This document shows, piece by piece, positions 11,801 to 20,607 of a DNA stretch of 64,000 nt. The position numbers and the translations under genes were made by a program. Below the pieces are notes generated by a model. That model saw only the letters and a list, made by a program, of their open reading frames with translations. It was not told the origin of the DNA and ran no database searches. Origin of the DNA: Candidatus Aenigmatarchaeota archaeon (GTDB taxonomy: Archaea; Aenigmatarchaeota; Aenigmatarchaeia; Aenigmatarchaeales; Aenigmatarchaeaceae); assembly GCA_043814985.1 (NCBI GenBank), contig JBDRJK010000019.1:1-64000 (forward strand). The letters are read 5' to 3'. Every line of letters starts with the position of its first letter. The first letter of the stretch is position 1.

Positions 11801-12930
11801 AAGCTGGAAATGTGGCATACTGGAATAATGGTAATCCTTTAACACAGGCACAGCGAGAGAATGTTAAAAATACAGCTTATAACGTGTATTTAACTCGAAG
11901 CGGAGTTAAATCCCTTCTGGATATAGGTAAAACTGTTATTTGGGACGAAGTGGGAACTCACATAGACAATCCAAACATAGAAGCATTTATTCAAGATGTA
12001 AAAGAGTTCTCTGACACTTATGGTGTGGGCACAAGCTGGCTTGACAACACTGCAAATGACAATGAAGCGTGGAACCATATGCCTGGGCAGCTTTGGGATT
12101 CTGGAACATGGAACCTGAACAGACTTGGTGAAATATGGTACCAAACTATCAGCTCTGGGTCTACAACGTCACCTACAACAACACAGACATGCTTATCGGG
12201 AGAAACTCCCATAGACCAGGACGGCTGCTCCTCAGGAACCTGCTGCTGCTCAGAAGTCCTAACACAGTCAGAAGATTGTATTGATTATGTCAATAATGGT
12301 CCTGCCAATCAGAGACTGGACATACTTTTCATACCTGATGGTTACACAGACCTCTCACTTCTCCAAGATGACGTAGCAACAGTTTCAGAAAATTTACTTT
12401 CAACAGAACCGTTCTCCTCTTACGCTGACAAAATAAACATAAGATGGATGAACATAAAAGCTTCGTATGGCTGTGATGTTGAAAACTGTTATATAGGAGG
12501 ACTATCAATATGCGCTAATAATGATTATGAAAATTTGCTTCTCGAATGCCCTGCAGACAAGGTTATTGTCATTATAAATCAGGAAAGAACAGGGGCCTGT
12601 GCAGGAGGACGTGATGTTTGGGTTTCAAGGTCTAATCAACCAGGTGTTTTTGTTCATGAGCTAGGCCATAGTTTCGGTTCTCTGGCGGATGAATACGTCT
12701 ATAGTTCTTTAAAAGATACAGCAGGTCCTTCCCCAACAAATAAAATAAACTGTGATAACTTACCATGTTCTCAGTGGAGTGATGTTCCGGAAACCGATTG
12801 TATTGAAGGCTGTACCTACGGAAAAGATTGGTATCGACCAGTTGAAACATGTATGATGCGTTCTTCCAATGTAGAATTTTGTCCTGTCTGTGAAAACCAT
12901 TTAATAGAATTGCTGAGTAAATATCCATAG
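5815..12930 (+). CDS. Giant surface protein: pilin-like N-terminus, several GH5/clan GH-A glycoside hydrolase domains, two PA14 domains, C-terminal M64-like metallopeptidase
   Basis: 2371 aa. N-terminus MRG|VELSI plus hydrophobic helix; acid/base motifs INEP, CNE, LNEP, GNEP, MNE; nucleophile motifs ISEMG, TELG, IGEF, VTEW, DEVG; GADDGIRVWIDG and GSDDGVRVWIDG; HELGHSFGSLADEY. Confidence 0.8.
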   Translation: MRGVELSILALVLVVMLTITAISIIGPVLSVFGATTPGATADSVKTSACYVLQAAGCENPSSVRIDFDADMNGVIDNNDDLQDLCDNYYNAGGSVAECKKQCRCIPSYQGTTSDNGGGTEPPDEEPPDEEITFGSCEEACQSNDFISGDCVAEGTLENTKLYVDGTVIKSPSGNPIRLQGFNVEPRDIDEEGVQWLKDNGFNYLRVNIFWHRFEPTEDVWDNTYVTYLDNLLEWCEENNIYVNLALMQWQWSPYFKYYSSGGGTGFPSWLISEGNYEDSAIGLRDCIADFYMERNSHGIKMRQEFYEFWDFIINRYMDNPYVAAYEVINEPLIAKQVYHVSGVNAAVMDLYEEFTERYRSIDTVTIHVYHDCGGERKVTYPNIAWTKSWYDVMWGGYSSGEYIQIGPKITALKNKYNIAMGTPFIISEMGFTESDEASNGAEAWIEDSFDVMREIGLNNGYESYGWFIYNKGTKYGFRTPRNSDGSNTWIIPVLKNYIEASSGISPFYVGLSSIPRQQGSQSPYAISSVDEVISVTKLENLNVWRMSFPPTFSDWKTYIQHFLDNSDADLIVDYYHLDPGSMSDSQWSASTARGLEIAEEFDNYQDRLWLEPCNEQMNTDIDDKAQDFVDAIREAGYRNKIVVNIFWQSGRLPMMSSVDDPLDKFWTGQHIYFYDTGSQVWSMSNAQSWMQEGLDAGLKILNTELGADTEGQSYFTNSAVDRVNDFMAWCADREISNVVWTMYGDYDYPRYKELGLEFPSVETPIMSSGSCPPENIVDFDCPSGVCCCSGTPVCPAEPDYPTDEWDRVWCDIDFTEKIADSPEETSLEFDNNWGINQLISGYNDYIGFRSGRSIYFQGGTYEFIVGADDGIRVWIDGKIKVDEWVRTSYKTYTFTETLAQGYHDVRIDYYEDWINAQVSFSYEKIDSGSCVDECIDQGFSSGECVAEGSVQFTKLHTEGKYVKNEAGQIIHLVGANVYAAEWYLGNIDAQQFQYMKEWGFNSIRITIPSWTIIYNHWQDASFRQKYLDMIQFAKDNEMYVVVSVMHLDDEDTDERFNLFTNTWSTADWTYYIQHVKDIVTLTKDEDHVIYDLLNEPLYLESWEFYMGIMEDAVDAVREADSGHDAICIVEAGSRGYFGESRMGLHFFDDYPNGIDKNNIIYSDHIYQDDDWAATSVYSEADIRSRFVTRGVYKPLNVNKPVWIGEFNTEKDFVGHTTLKGEEFLTSVMDIARKDDFAGWCVWAWGPIGRHEVIDDYVGTPSASGEVIKKYLEVSAPPTPDGVLWGVNLGAPRAYTEYPFFSQPETRQLYKDAGIKVIRLFNTWSFMNNAESVVDEIESIGAKPIIVVAESRLLEFVRRLGTRAIYQIGNEPNYDQENYPTAQSYADYYKEWADQAVAINPDIKLMTAGIGVWADLGNIKNYPERGVDYLTKTVATGAQVDYVAFHYYASGTASGDTFTQSDIYERAARVSEAIQIIGDATNKPVAVTEWNFGDWEAPRWDLDEAFITEYTRITMEGMKDTAISIPWFAQHWDDPTNNHPLPMLYADGAPKPLYYKFKEIATKSPSGGASTTSCPPENIVDADCSPGVCCCSGTPICPEEPTYPTDSWNRVWCDMDFTEKLTETSEPSIQFNNDWGTSQLIAGYDDYIGFMSGRTINFPENGTYTFKIGSDDGVRVWIDGTIRFENWTKRSYNEDTFTTYLDAGNHRFRIDYFEDWIDAKVSFKYMINDEPSVTDTCGSACSDRDYSTGTCRSETSGGTLTPNELANSPDKWKFIAGHGGAGSVNTFMPEDIAQHVMGLGANGIYIGVYTDNWGNPKAIQRNGLTQTDHRLRYANEIHRLSGLVYMQNYPYSFELDTNWTKHVIKQTEVIYNTNGMQDTYIEWSKRAVVGGYWQDDTYVEGLNPDVIQIMNEVKGDQETSYASAEFWDNYIAFCNRFMAEISKVKSNAVFTVSSVPFWDLKEIAKHAHRFIVPSGSKLYFSFHYYYALWNSVPSSWEAGNVAYWNNGNPLTQAQRENVKNTAYNVYLTRSGVKSLLDIGKTVIWDEVGTHIDNPNIEAFIQDVKEFSDTYGVGTSWLDNTANDNEAWNHMPGQLWDSGTWNLNRLGEIWYQTISSGSTTSPTTTQTCLSGETPIDQDGCSSGTCCCSEVLTQSEDCIDYVNNGPANQRLDILFIPDGYTDLSLLQDDVATVSENLLSTEPFSSYADKINIRWMNIKASYGCDVENCYIGGLSICANNDYENLLLECPADKVIVIINQERTGACAGGRDVWVSRSNQPGVFVHELGHSFGSLADEYVYSSLKDTAGPSPTNKINCDNLPCSQWSDVPETDCIEGCTYGKDWYRPVETCMMRSSNVEFCPVCENHLIELLSKYP
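8120..10990 (+). repeat. Internal duplication of Cys-linker plus PA14 module (~8120-8580 and ~10530-10990)
   Basis: 'CPPENIVDxDCxxGVCCCSGTPxCPxEPxYPTDxWxRVWCD...YxEDWIxAxVSFxY' occurs twice. Confidence 0.9.
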
Positions 12931-12937
12931 TGATCGG

Positions 12938-13543
12938 ATGAAAAAAATATTGATAGTAACATTGATGCTTCTTCTAGTTGCGACTATTTCATTTGCCCAG
13001 GAGAATCCAACAAAAATCTACACAATAAATCTGAAATATGATAATGGAGATGTCAGTCTTATTGAATCTGAGATTGCATACGGCTATCCAGACGACAATA
13101 TACTCCAACCTGATAAGGGCTACACTGTCAATATTGTTTCTTTCTCGAATAATGTATTGGATTCCTTTAGGTTTGAATTCCCCTCAGAATTTTTCTATGA
13201 CACAGGCGACCCTAAAAACCCAGGGGGCTCTTTTGAATTAACAGAATCAGAGAAAAGCCTCTTGATACCGTACTTCAGGAACGGCAAGAATGTTGAGATA
13301 TACGATTCAAACATGGCATGGATACTTTCTGTTGACATTTCCCAGTTTGCGGAGGTGTGTGTTGAAAACGGTGAATGCGAGGCTGAATACGACGAGAATT
13401 CAAACAACTGTCCAAATGACTGTAAGGATGATATTGAGATAAATCTTACAATAGTAATATCATTGGTTGTAGTCTTACTAATCATTCTTATAATCACGAG
13501 AAGGAAAAAAGTGAAATACGTCTACAAAAGACCAGCAGTTTAA
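12938..13543 (+). CDS. Secreted, C-terminally membrane-anchored hypothetical protein
   Basis: Signal peptide, small Cys-rich module (CVENGECE...NCPNDC), C-terminal TM helix and basic tail. Confidence 0.7.
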   Translation: MKKILIVTLMLLLVATISFAQENPTKIYTINLKYDNGDVSLIESEIAYGYPDDNILQPDKGYTVNIVSFSNNVLDSFRFEFPSEFFYDTGDPKNPGGSFELTESEKSLLIPYFRNGKNVEIYDSNMAWILSVDISQFAEVCVENGECEAEYDENSNNCPNDCKDDIEINLTIVISLVVVLLIILIITRRKKVKYVYKRPAV

Positions 13544-13573
13544 TTTTATTAGACAGGCAATTAATAATTAATT

Positions 13574-16117
13574 ATGAATAAAAGGCATTATTTATTTATT
13601 TCACTATTTCTATTATTTTCAATTACAGTCTCTTTGGCCTTTTCAAGCACTTATTTTGCTAAAATCATAGAATTTGATTCAATAACAAAAAATGTTGAAA
13701 TACTGAACTTGTCAGACATTGTCAGAAGTGAAGAATTCTATCTTGATGGTTACATAATAAAGCCAATAATCCAGAACGAGACAATATCAATACTATTGAA
13801 AGATAGCAAAGGCACCTTATTTTCTCGCTATATGTTCAGGGATTTAAGAAGCGGTGTTTTCTCTGTTCTTGATTCCGAGGGAAACAAAAAGGATTACTAT
13901 CTCAACGTTGACACCAACCTTAGCTTGAGCCAAGCGAATGAGGAGAGCTATATAATAAAATTCAAGGACCCGCCCATAGCAGTCAAGGAGGAGGAGCTCA
14001 AGAGAGAGATGAAAGTAAAGCTGGAGAATTTAAAGGACATGAAAGGAGAAATGAAAATTATCAATAATAAAAAAATGAAAGAATTGGAAGAAGAGATGAA
14101 AGCTATCATTGAGGTAAGAAAGAAAGGGTTAGAAGACGAAATGAAAGAAAAGTTGGTTAATCACAGAAACAAAATAGAGATAGTTCATGATTCATTCAAA
14201 AACGAAATGAAAAAAATAAAGAAAACTGAAAAGAATGAAATTAAGGAATTCAAAAACGTATTCAACGGAGTTTCTCTGAACCTTTCTGAAGACAAGCTTA
14301 ACGATATTAGAAAGTTGTCCTATGTAGATAAAATCTACAAAGACGAGAAGGTGCAGCTCTTCTTGAGCGAGTCTGTAGATCAGATCAACGCGACAAATGT
14401 ATGGACATTGTTGGATGAAAACAGCAGGAATTTGACTGGCTTCAATATAACAATTGCCATAATTGATAGTGGAATAGATTACACGCATACAGACTTTGGC
14501 AATTGCACACAATCGCAGTTTTTAAGCCAGCAGTGCGGCAAAGTAGTGGGCGGTTATGACTTTGTAAACTTTGATAGCGATCCTATGGATGATCATGGAC
14601 ACGGTACCCATGTTGCTGGCACAGCTGCTGGCAATGGCACATTGAAAGGTGTGGCCCCCGAAGCAAAAATTTTGGCATTTAAAGTCGTAGACTCTTATGG
14701 TTATGGCCAAGACTCCAGCATCATATCTGCAATAGATGCAGCAGTTGAGAGCAATGCTGATGTAATATCTATGAGTTTGGGTAAAAGCGGCGGTAATCCT
14801 AATGACCCACTATCCCAAGCTGTTGACAACGCAGTTAACTCGAGTGTCATTGTTGTAGTAGCTGCTGGCAACAGCGGTCCTGGTTATGGCACTATAGGAA
14901 CGCCTGCCAATGCCTTGGGGGCAATAACAGTTGGCGCAGTTAATAAAAGCAGCATTATGGCTGATTTCAGTTCAAGGGGTCCTGTTTTATGGAATTACAC
15001 AGCAATACTAAAGCCTAATTTGGTATCACCTGGTGTGGAAATTTGCTCGGCTGAGTTTGGTTCTTCGTACTCAAGTGAACAATGCATAGACGATGAACAT
15101 GTATCAATGTCAGGAACTTCTATGTCAACACCCCACGTTGCAGGTGTTGTTGCCCTTTTGAAGCAGAAATACAATAATTGGACAGTCGAAGAGATAAAAT
15201 CAGCACTGCTCACATCAGCCAATGATCTGGGTTATAACGTGATAACACAGGGAACTGGCCTTGTTGATGCCTTGAAAGCAGTTAACACCTCTGTCTTGAT
15301 TGAGCCGTTCATAGTCAATGTAAGTGTCATAGGCAGCGCAACCCCTGTTACAAACACGACCATTATCATAAGAAACCTGAGGAATTACCAGATTTCAATA
15401 AATCTGACAATAGAAAATGCCACAGACGAATATCAGGGCAATTATAATATAAGCTATTCCAATGCCACTGATTTTACAATAGAGGCTAACTCACAAAGCG
15501 CAATTATTTTCACCACCAACATGACCAATCAGGGAGGATTGTTTTTTGGCAAGATTAAAATCAATGCTGAGGGAAGTAATTACACCTTACCGTACATAGT
15601 CAGCTCCTTGAGAAATCTGAATGTCTCAGTTGTGGGGGAAGGCATGGTTCTTTATCCGGACCTGTACATACACACGGACGATATTAAGGGCAGGTCACAG
15701 GCATACCAATCAGTTGATTTCATAGGGTCAAACTTCACTTTCTTGATACCGGCCAACAAGAATATCACTGTGTACGCTGTTGGCGATATTGTAAACGCAT
15801 CTCTGACTTATATTCTGATGAAGAGGGTTAATGCCTCATTTGATGACTCTAATGTTACTTTGAACTTCTCAAGCGACTCCAGGACATTCACGATAAATGC
15901 AACAGGCCTGGACGGTTCTGATATCAAGCTCTACGAGTATAATTTCGGCTTTGCCACATACAGAAACAACACAGACCCAATAAAAATCCTATACTCTTAC
16001 TCAATGATGTATGACTACAAAATCGGTAATCAGGTTATTTACGTTTCAAACAAGCCAGACAGCCCTTACAACACTGACATAATTCTAAAGTACGTGGGCA
16101 TCCCGGTGACAACATGA
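13574..16117 (+). CDS. Subtilisin-like S8 serine protease with I9-like propeptide
   Basis: Catalytic motifs IIDSG, HGTHVAG and GTSMSTPHVAG; oxyanion-hole AAGN; signal peptide. Confidence 0.93.
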   Translation: MNKRHYLFISLFLLFSITVSLAFSSTYFAKIIEFDSITKNVEILNLSDIVRSEEFYLDGYIIKPIIQNETISILLKDSKGTLFSRYMFRDLRSGVFSVLDSEGNKKDYYLNVDTNLSLSQANEESYIIKFKDPPIAVKEEELKREMKVKLENLKDMKGEMKIINNKKMKELEEEMKAIIEVRKKGLEDEMKEKLVNHRNKIEIVHDSFKNEMKKIKKTEKNEIKEFKNVFNGVSLNLSEDKLNDIRKLSYVDKIYKDEKVQLFLSESVDQINATNVWTLLDENSRNLTGFNITIAIIDSGIDYTHTDFGNCTQSQFLSQQCGKVVGGYDFVNFDSDPMDDHGHGTHVAGTAAGNGTLKGVAPEAKILAFKVVDSYGYGQDSSIISAIDAAVESNADVISMSLGKSGGNPNDPLSQAVDNAVNSSVIVVVAAGNSGPGYGTIGTPANALGAITVGAVNKSSIMADFSSRGPVLWNYTAILKPNLVSPGVEICSAEFGSSYSSEQCIDDEHVSMSGTSMSTPHVAGVVALLKQKYNNWTVEEIKSALLTSANDLGYNVITQGTGLVDALKAVNTSVLIEPFIVNVSVIGSATPVTNTTIIIRNLRNYQISINLTIENATDEYQGNYNISYSNATDFTIEANSQSAIIFTTNMTNQGGLFFGKIKINAEGSNYTLPYIVSSLRNLNVSVVGEGMVLYPDLYIHTDDIKGRSQAYQSVDFIGSNFTFLIPANKNITVYAVGDIVNASLTYILMKRVNASFDDSNVTLNFSSDSRTFTINATGLDGSDIKLYEYNFGFATYRNNTDPIKILYSYSMMYDYKIGNQVIYVSNKPDSPYNTDIILKYVGIPVTT

Positions 16118-19098
16118 TGAAGAAAATAATTTTGTTGATGCTTATAATACCTGTAGTAGCCTCAAGCGGATGCCTTTTCGGAGACGAGGACTATGCCACT
16201 GCAACTGAGCAATACTCAATGGGATGGATTTTGCATAACGTGAATGATTCCACTTCGACTGATGTCACTTATTCATTTGCTGACCTGGCAGTCTATAACT
16301 ACTCTTATGACTATCCAACAGACCAGCCGGTTGTGTTCGTAAACTACTTCACTTTCATAGCACCAGTTCCCAATAACATGACAGACGAGACAATAATCAT
16401 GGGCAACACCATAGCAGTTCCGATCAACAGAACCTACTATGTTATGGGCCTGAATCCGAATCCCGAATATTACAGGACCAACTGGTCCTTTTACAATGCC
16501 ATGGAAATAGATTATGCCTATCCTTCACACTTTGAGCATTATAACTCTACAAACGGCTACTTTAGCATAACACCAAAACCTGGGGATAGCTTCGCAGTAA
16601 CTTTCGGCAAGGCGCCATACACACCAACCTCATTTTTGGTTGATAGCCAATCTGTAAGATTCAGTGATTATCTGATAAAGGGATACATACCAAGATCCTA
16701 CTTGTTGAGGGACGTTTCAGGTTTTAATTACGATGAAATACCAAGGTACCAGATATATCTGAATGATTCTCTTGTGAATTCCAGCAATGCCATAGATTCA
16801 AGCGGCGTTTGGAACCATACACTATTCAACTATTCTTTCGTAGGCAATGGCACTTATTTCATTAACCTGTCTATTCCCTCATTCTATCCAATTTGGAACA
16901 TTACAGAAGTAGAGACAGTATTCTACAGGCCTGCCATTGATATGCAACCACCGATTCTGAACCATATAGAAGCAAGGCCCTACTTTGAACACAATATGCT
17001 TTACAACATAAGCATAAACGTGACTGATGATGTTGGAATAAAAAACATATCAGCCTATTACAGAGAGGACAATGCTTGGTATTCTATGGGCATCACTAAT
17101 AATTCTAACATCTATGAGACTAACCTGACAATCTCCAACATATCATTCGACAGCTTTGATTTCAAGCTGTCCGTCAATGACACGTCTGACAATCAGATAA
17201 ACTACACAATCAGTCCCCTATCTCTTGCCGGACAGAACATTTCTATAACTCTTGATCCAATAGATGTTGAATCTTTCCAGGGTGGCATCTTTCCCGTGAG
17301 CGGGGAATTGAGCGTCAATGGCACGAGTTTGGATGACCTACTAATAGATTTCTATTCAAATAACACAAAAATAGGAAGCGCAATGACATATTATTCGTTA
17401 TACTCAACCAATGTTAGACTGCCCTGCGGTTCAGATCCGAACCCTGATGTTACAGCATTGTTCTCGGGAACTGGCGTCTATAAATCCAATGAAACTTCTA
17501 ACACGACTTCAATCAGTATCATACCCTTGAATTTCACAGCCGACGACACAGTAACAATTCACACGCCAACAATTATCAATGCGAGCGGCTATGGCGCTTA
17601 TCTGACAATAAACAGTAGCTCCTGGGTGTTTGACTATCAGATGGAAGACAATCTATTCTTCTTTACACCCCACAGATACGGAAACTATACAGTGTCATTA
17701 AGCACAAGCTGCGGCGAGAACATATCCAAAACAATATTCGCCAACATAACAACAGAGCCTCTGATAAGCACTGTGAATATATTACCACAATACCCTCTTG
17801 ATAACAAGAGCCTAAGCATAAGAGTCTCCACCCAAAGCCAAGACCAGCACAACCTGGTTGGCAACATTAGCAACTCCACCACAGACAACACTCTGAACCT
17901 CTCATTCTCCTCATATCCCTACACAGATTACTATACAAGCCAGCCATACAACTACTCTTATTGTACCAACTGTTGGAGCGCTATTGTAGAAAACCTAGAG
18001 ACAGGCGTCTACAATGTCTCTCTACAGGTTTCAGATTTGATAGGCCAAATAAACAATACACTCACTACTGTGTACGTATACCCTGAAATGAACATAACCT
18101 TCAATGCCACAGACTTTTCCAATAATTCTGTGAACATGAACTTGAGTATTGGTTTGGATGAAGACTATAATGTTTATGATTACTCATTCAACGGCTCAGT
18201 GGATATCAATTCGATTCCAAACATATCATATTTCGACAAGAAATTCCACATAAGCATTGACAGATACATAAACAGCGACAATATGCTAATAATATTCGAA
18301 AATTCCACTATCTCTGAAGATGCTGAAATAGACCTTGGCTATTCAGAGCAAAGAAACGAGCTTGAAGACAAGATTTTGTATTCTACTTATTTCTACAACA
18401 CGTCTTGGAGTTACGGCAGCATCTACATGAGATTTGTCTATGAGAATGCCAACAGATTCAGTATGATTGATTTAGACAACCCTGCTGTTTATGCTTGCAA
18501 AGATTACAATTACCAGCAAAGCACATGCCCAGGCGGCTGGGTTGACATAACCTCAGGCTATTCCAGATCCGGAAACCAAATTACTGTCTACGGTAACATC
18601 GATGACCCTCAAGCAGTAAGTTTTGGCGAGCCACAGTCGTGCGGTGATGGATATTGCTCTGAGTATGAATCCTGCTCTTTATGTGTTTCAGATTGTGGAA
18701 GCTGTTCTTCAAACCCGCCATTGGTAGAAAGTGGTAATATTGATGATGATTTTGATGACGATGACTCAACACAAGAAGATGAAGACACTGATGAAGAGGA
18801 GGAGACTACTGAAACAATAGAAGATGAAGGAGGGACAACAGGCTATACTATTTCAGACAAATCCCAATGCCCCTTTGAGTGCTGTGTCGACGAAACAGGC
18901 TACAGCGATAAACCTTGCGATTCTGGTGGCGATTGTATGGACAATAAATGTCTGGTTAAGCCAGACAGTATTTTTGACAACAGTTATTTATGGTTAATGA
19001 TATCAGCAATACCAATTGCCATAGTGTTGGCATATATTCTGCTCGGCAAACAAGAGCCAAAAAAAGAATACTATTACTACGCTCATAAAAAAGAATAA
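16114..19098 (+). CDS. Large secreted, membrane-anchored surface glycoprotein
   Basis: Signal peptide, many N-x-S/T sequons, Cys modules, acidic linker, C-terminal TM; ATGA overlap with the S8 gene. Confidence 0.7.
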   Translation: MMKKIILLMLIIPVVASSGCLFGDEDYATATEQYSMGWILHNVNDSTSTDVTYSFADLAVYNYSYDYPTDQPVVFVNYFTFIAPVPNNMTDETIIMGNTIAVPINRTYYVMGLNPNPEYYRTNWSFYNAMEIDYAYPSHFEHYNSTNGYFSITPKPGDSFAVTFGKAPYTPTSFLVDSQSVRFSDYLIKGYIPRSYLLRDVSGFNYDEIPRYQIYLNDSLVNSSNAIDSSGVWNHTLFNYSFVGNGTYFINLSIPSFYPIWNITEVETVFYRPAIDMQPPILNHIEARPYFEHNMLYNISINVTDDVGIKNISAYYREDNAWYSMGITNNSNIYETNLTISNISFDSFDFKLSVNDTSDNQINYTISPLSLAGQNISITLDPIDVESFQGGIFPVSGELSVNGTSLDDLLIDFYSNNTKIGSAMTYYSLYSTNVRLPCGSDPNPDVTALFSGTGVYKSNETSNTTSISIIPLNFTADDTVTIHTPTIINASGYGAYLTINSSSWVFDYQMEDNLFFFTPHRYGNYTVSLSTSCGENISKTIFANITTEPLISTVNILPQYPLDNKSLSIRVSTQSQDQHNLVGNISNSTTDNTLNLSFSSYPYTDYYTSQPYNYSYCTNCWSAIVENLETGVYNVSLQVSDLIGQINNTLTTVYVYPEMNITFNATDFSNNSVNMNLSIGLDEDYNVYDYSFNGSVDINSIPNISYFDKKFHISIDRYINSDNMLIIFENSTISEDAEIDLGYSEQRNELEDKILYSTYFYNTSWSYGSIYMRFVYENANRFSMIDLDNPAVYACKDYNYQQSTCPGGWVDITSGYSRSGNQITVYGNIDDPQAVSFGEPQSCGDGYCSEYESCSLCVSDCGSCSSNPPLVESGNIDDDFDDDDSTQEDEDTDEEEETTETIEDEGGTTGYTISDKSQCPFECCVDETGYSDKPCDSGGDCMDNKCLVKPDSIFDNSYLWLMISAIPIAIVLAYILLGKQEPKKEYYYYAHKKE

Positions 19099-19107
19099 GA
19101 AATAATA

Positions 19108-19752
19108 TTACTTGAAGCCGTGCTTGCCTGTCAAGGGAACAAACATGAATGATCCTATTCCCTTTTTCTCAATGCCGCCCTTGATTTTCCTGACAACGTA
19201 CATTCTCTGCAGATAGAGGTTGCCGACAGGTATGACCATTATCCCGTTTGGCTTTAACTGACTCAATAATTCCTTTGGAATTTCAGGAGAGCCAGCAGTG
19301 ACAACTATCCTGTCATAAGGAGCATATTTCTTCAAACCTAATGACCCGTCGCCCTTTAACACCTTGACATTCTTTATTTTCAGTTTTTCCATGTTCTGCT
19401 TTGCAAAATCAGCAAGCTCCTTGATTATCTCAACTGTGTAGACTATTCCCTTATCACCAACTAACTCTGCAAGAATAGCAGCCTGCCACCCAGAACCGGT
19501 CCCTATCTCAAGTATCTTCTGGCCCTCCTTGATGTCCAGGGCTTCTGTCATCACAACAACCGTTGACGGCTCGGAAATGGTTTGGTCAGAGCCAATGTAG
19601 AGGGGAGAATCCCTGTAGGCAAGGTACTTCATATCATCAGGGACAAAGAACTCCCTTTTGACCTTTCTAAGGGCATCTTCTACTTCCCTTGACTTAAGGC
19701 GTCCCAGACCCTTGATATGCTTGATTAGCCTCTCATTTTCCTCGTTTACCAT
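19108..19752 (-). CDS. pcm: Protein-L-isoaspartate O-methyltransferase
   Basis: QTISEP, LEIGTGSGW, APYDRIVVTA and FVPL motifs. Confidence 0.93.
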   Translation of the reverse strand: MVNEENERLIKHIKGLGRLKSREVEDALRKVKREFFVPDDMKYLAYRDSPLYIGSDQTISEPSTVVVMTEALDIKEGQKILEIGTGSGWQAAILAELVGDKGIVYTVEIIKELADFAKQNMEKLKIKNVKVLKGDGSLGLKKYAPYDRIVVTAGSPEIPKELLSQLKPNGIMVIPVGNLYLQRMYVVRKIKGGIEKKGIGSFMFVPLTGKHGFK

Positions 19753-19785
19753 ATATTTATTTTATCCTATTGATATAATGAATTT

Positions 19786-20607
19786 ATGCCTGAGAGCCTT
19801 TCAAGCCTTGAGAAGAGGATAAAGAGCCTTGAGATACAGGGTGCCAAGGACATTGCCATCGAGAGCTTGGTTTTTCTGAGAAAACTTGTGAAGAAGAAAG
19901 GCTTTGGCAGGGAGTTCACCAGGGCAGCCAAGATGATTGAAAGGGTGAGGCCGACTGCAGTTGTCCTTCACAATTGCCTGGAAATAATCAGAAAGGACAA
20001 GGATGTCAAAACAATAAACTCCCTATTAAGGCAGATGAGCAATTCAAAAAAAGAAATTGCAAAAAGAGGCAGCAGGCTGATAAAGAAAAATTCCAAGATA
20101 ATGACCCGCTGCCACTCAACTGAGGCTCTGGCAGTGATAAAGCAAGCCTGGAAAGATGGCAAGAAGGTAACTGTCTACGCCACAGAGACAAGGCCCAAGT
20201 GGCAGGGAGTAAAGACAGCAAAGGAGCTTTCTAAGTTGGGCATACCTGTGATACTTATTGTTGACTCTGCCATGGCTTTCTTCATTGATGATGTTGACAT
20301 GGTCATTGTGGGCACAGACGCCATCAGAAAAGAGGGCATTGTTAATAAGATTGGAACTTATCCCCTGGCTTTGGTTGCCCAGAAACATAAGAAGCCTTTC
20401 TATGTTGCAGGCAACACTTTAAAATTGGACAAGAGGAAGAAACTGTTAATAGAAGAGAGAGATCCCGATGAAGTCTATACTGAACGCACCAAGACACTGG
20501 AAGTCAGGAATCCTGCATTTGACTTGACTCCATGGAAGTATGTTAAGAGGGTTGTTACAGAGAAGGGTGTCATGACACCATCAAATATTAAGAAGATGTT
20601 AAAATGA
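19786..20607 (+). CDS. Ribose-1,5-bisphosphate isomerase (eIF-2B alpha/beta/delta family)
   Basis: IQGA, RPT, CHS, ETRP, NKIGT and NPAFD motifs; adjacent to RuBisCO and AMP phosphorylase. Confidence 0.88.
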   Translation: MPESLSSLEKRIKSLEIQGAKDIAIESLVFLRKLVKKKGFGREFTRAAKMIERVRPTAVVLHNCLEIIRKDKDVKTINSLLRQMSNSKKEIAKRGSRLIKKNSKIMTRCHSTEALAVIKQAWKDGKKVTVYATETRPKWQGVKTAKELSKLGIPVILIVDSAMAFFIDDVDMVIVGTDAIRKEGIVNKIGTYPLALVAQKHKKPFYVAGNTLKLDKRKKLLIEERDPDEVYTERTKTLEVRNPAFDLTPWKYVKRVVTEKGVMTPSNIKKMLK

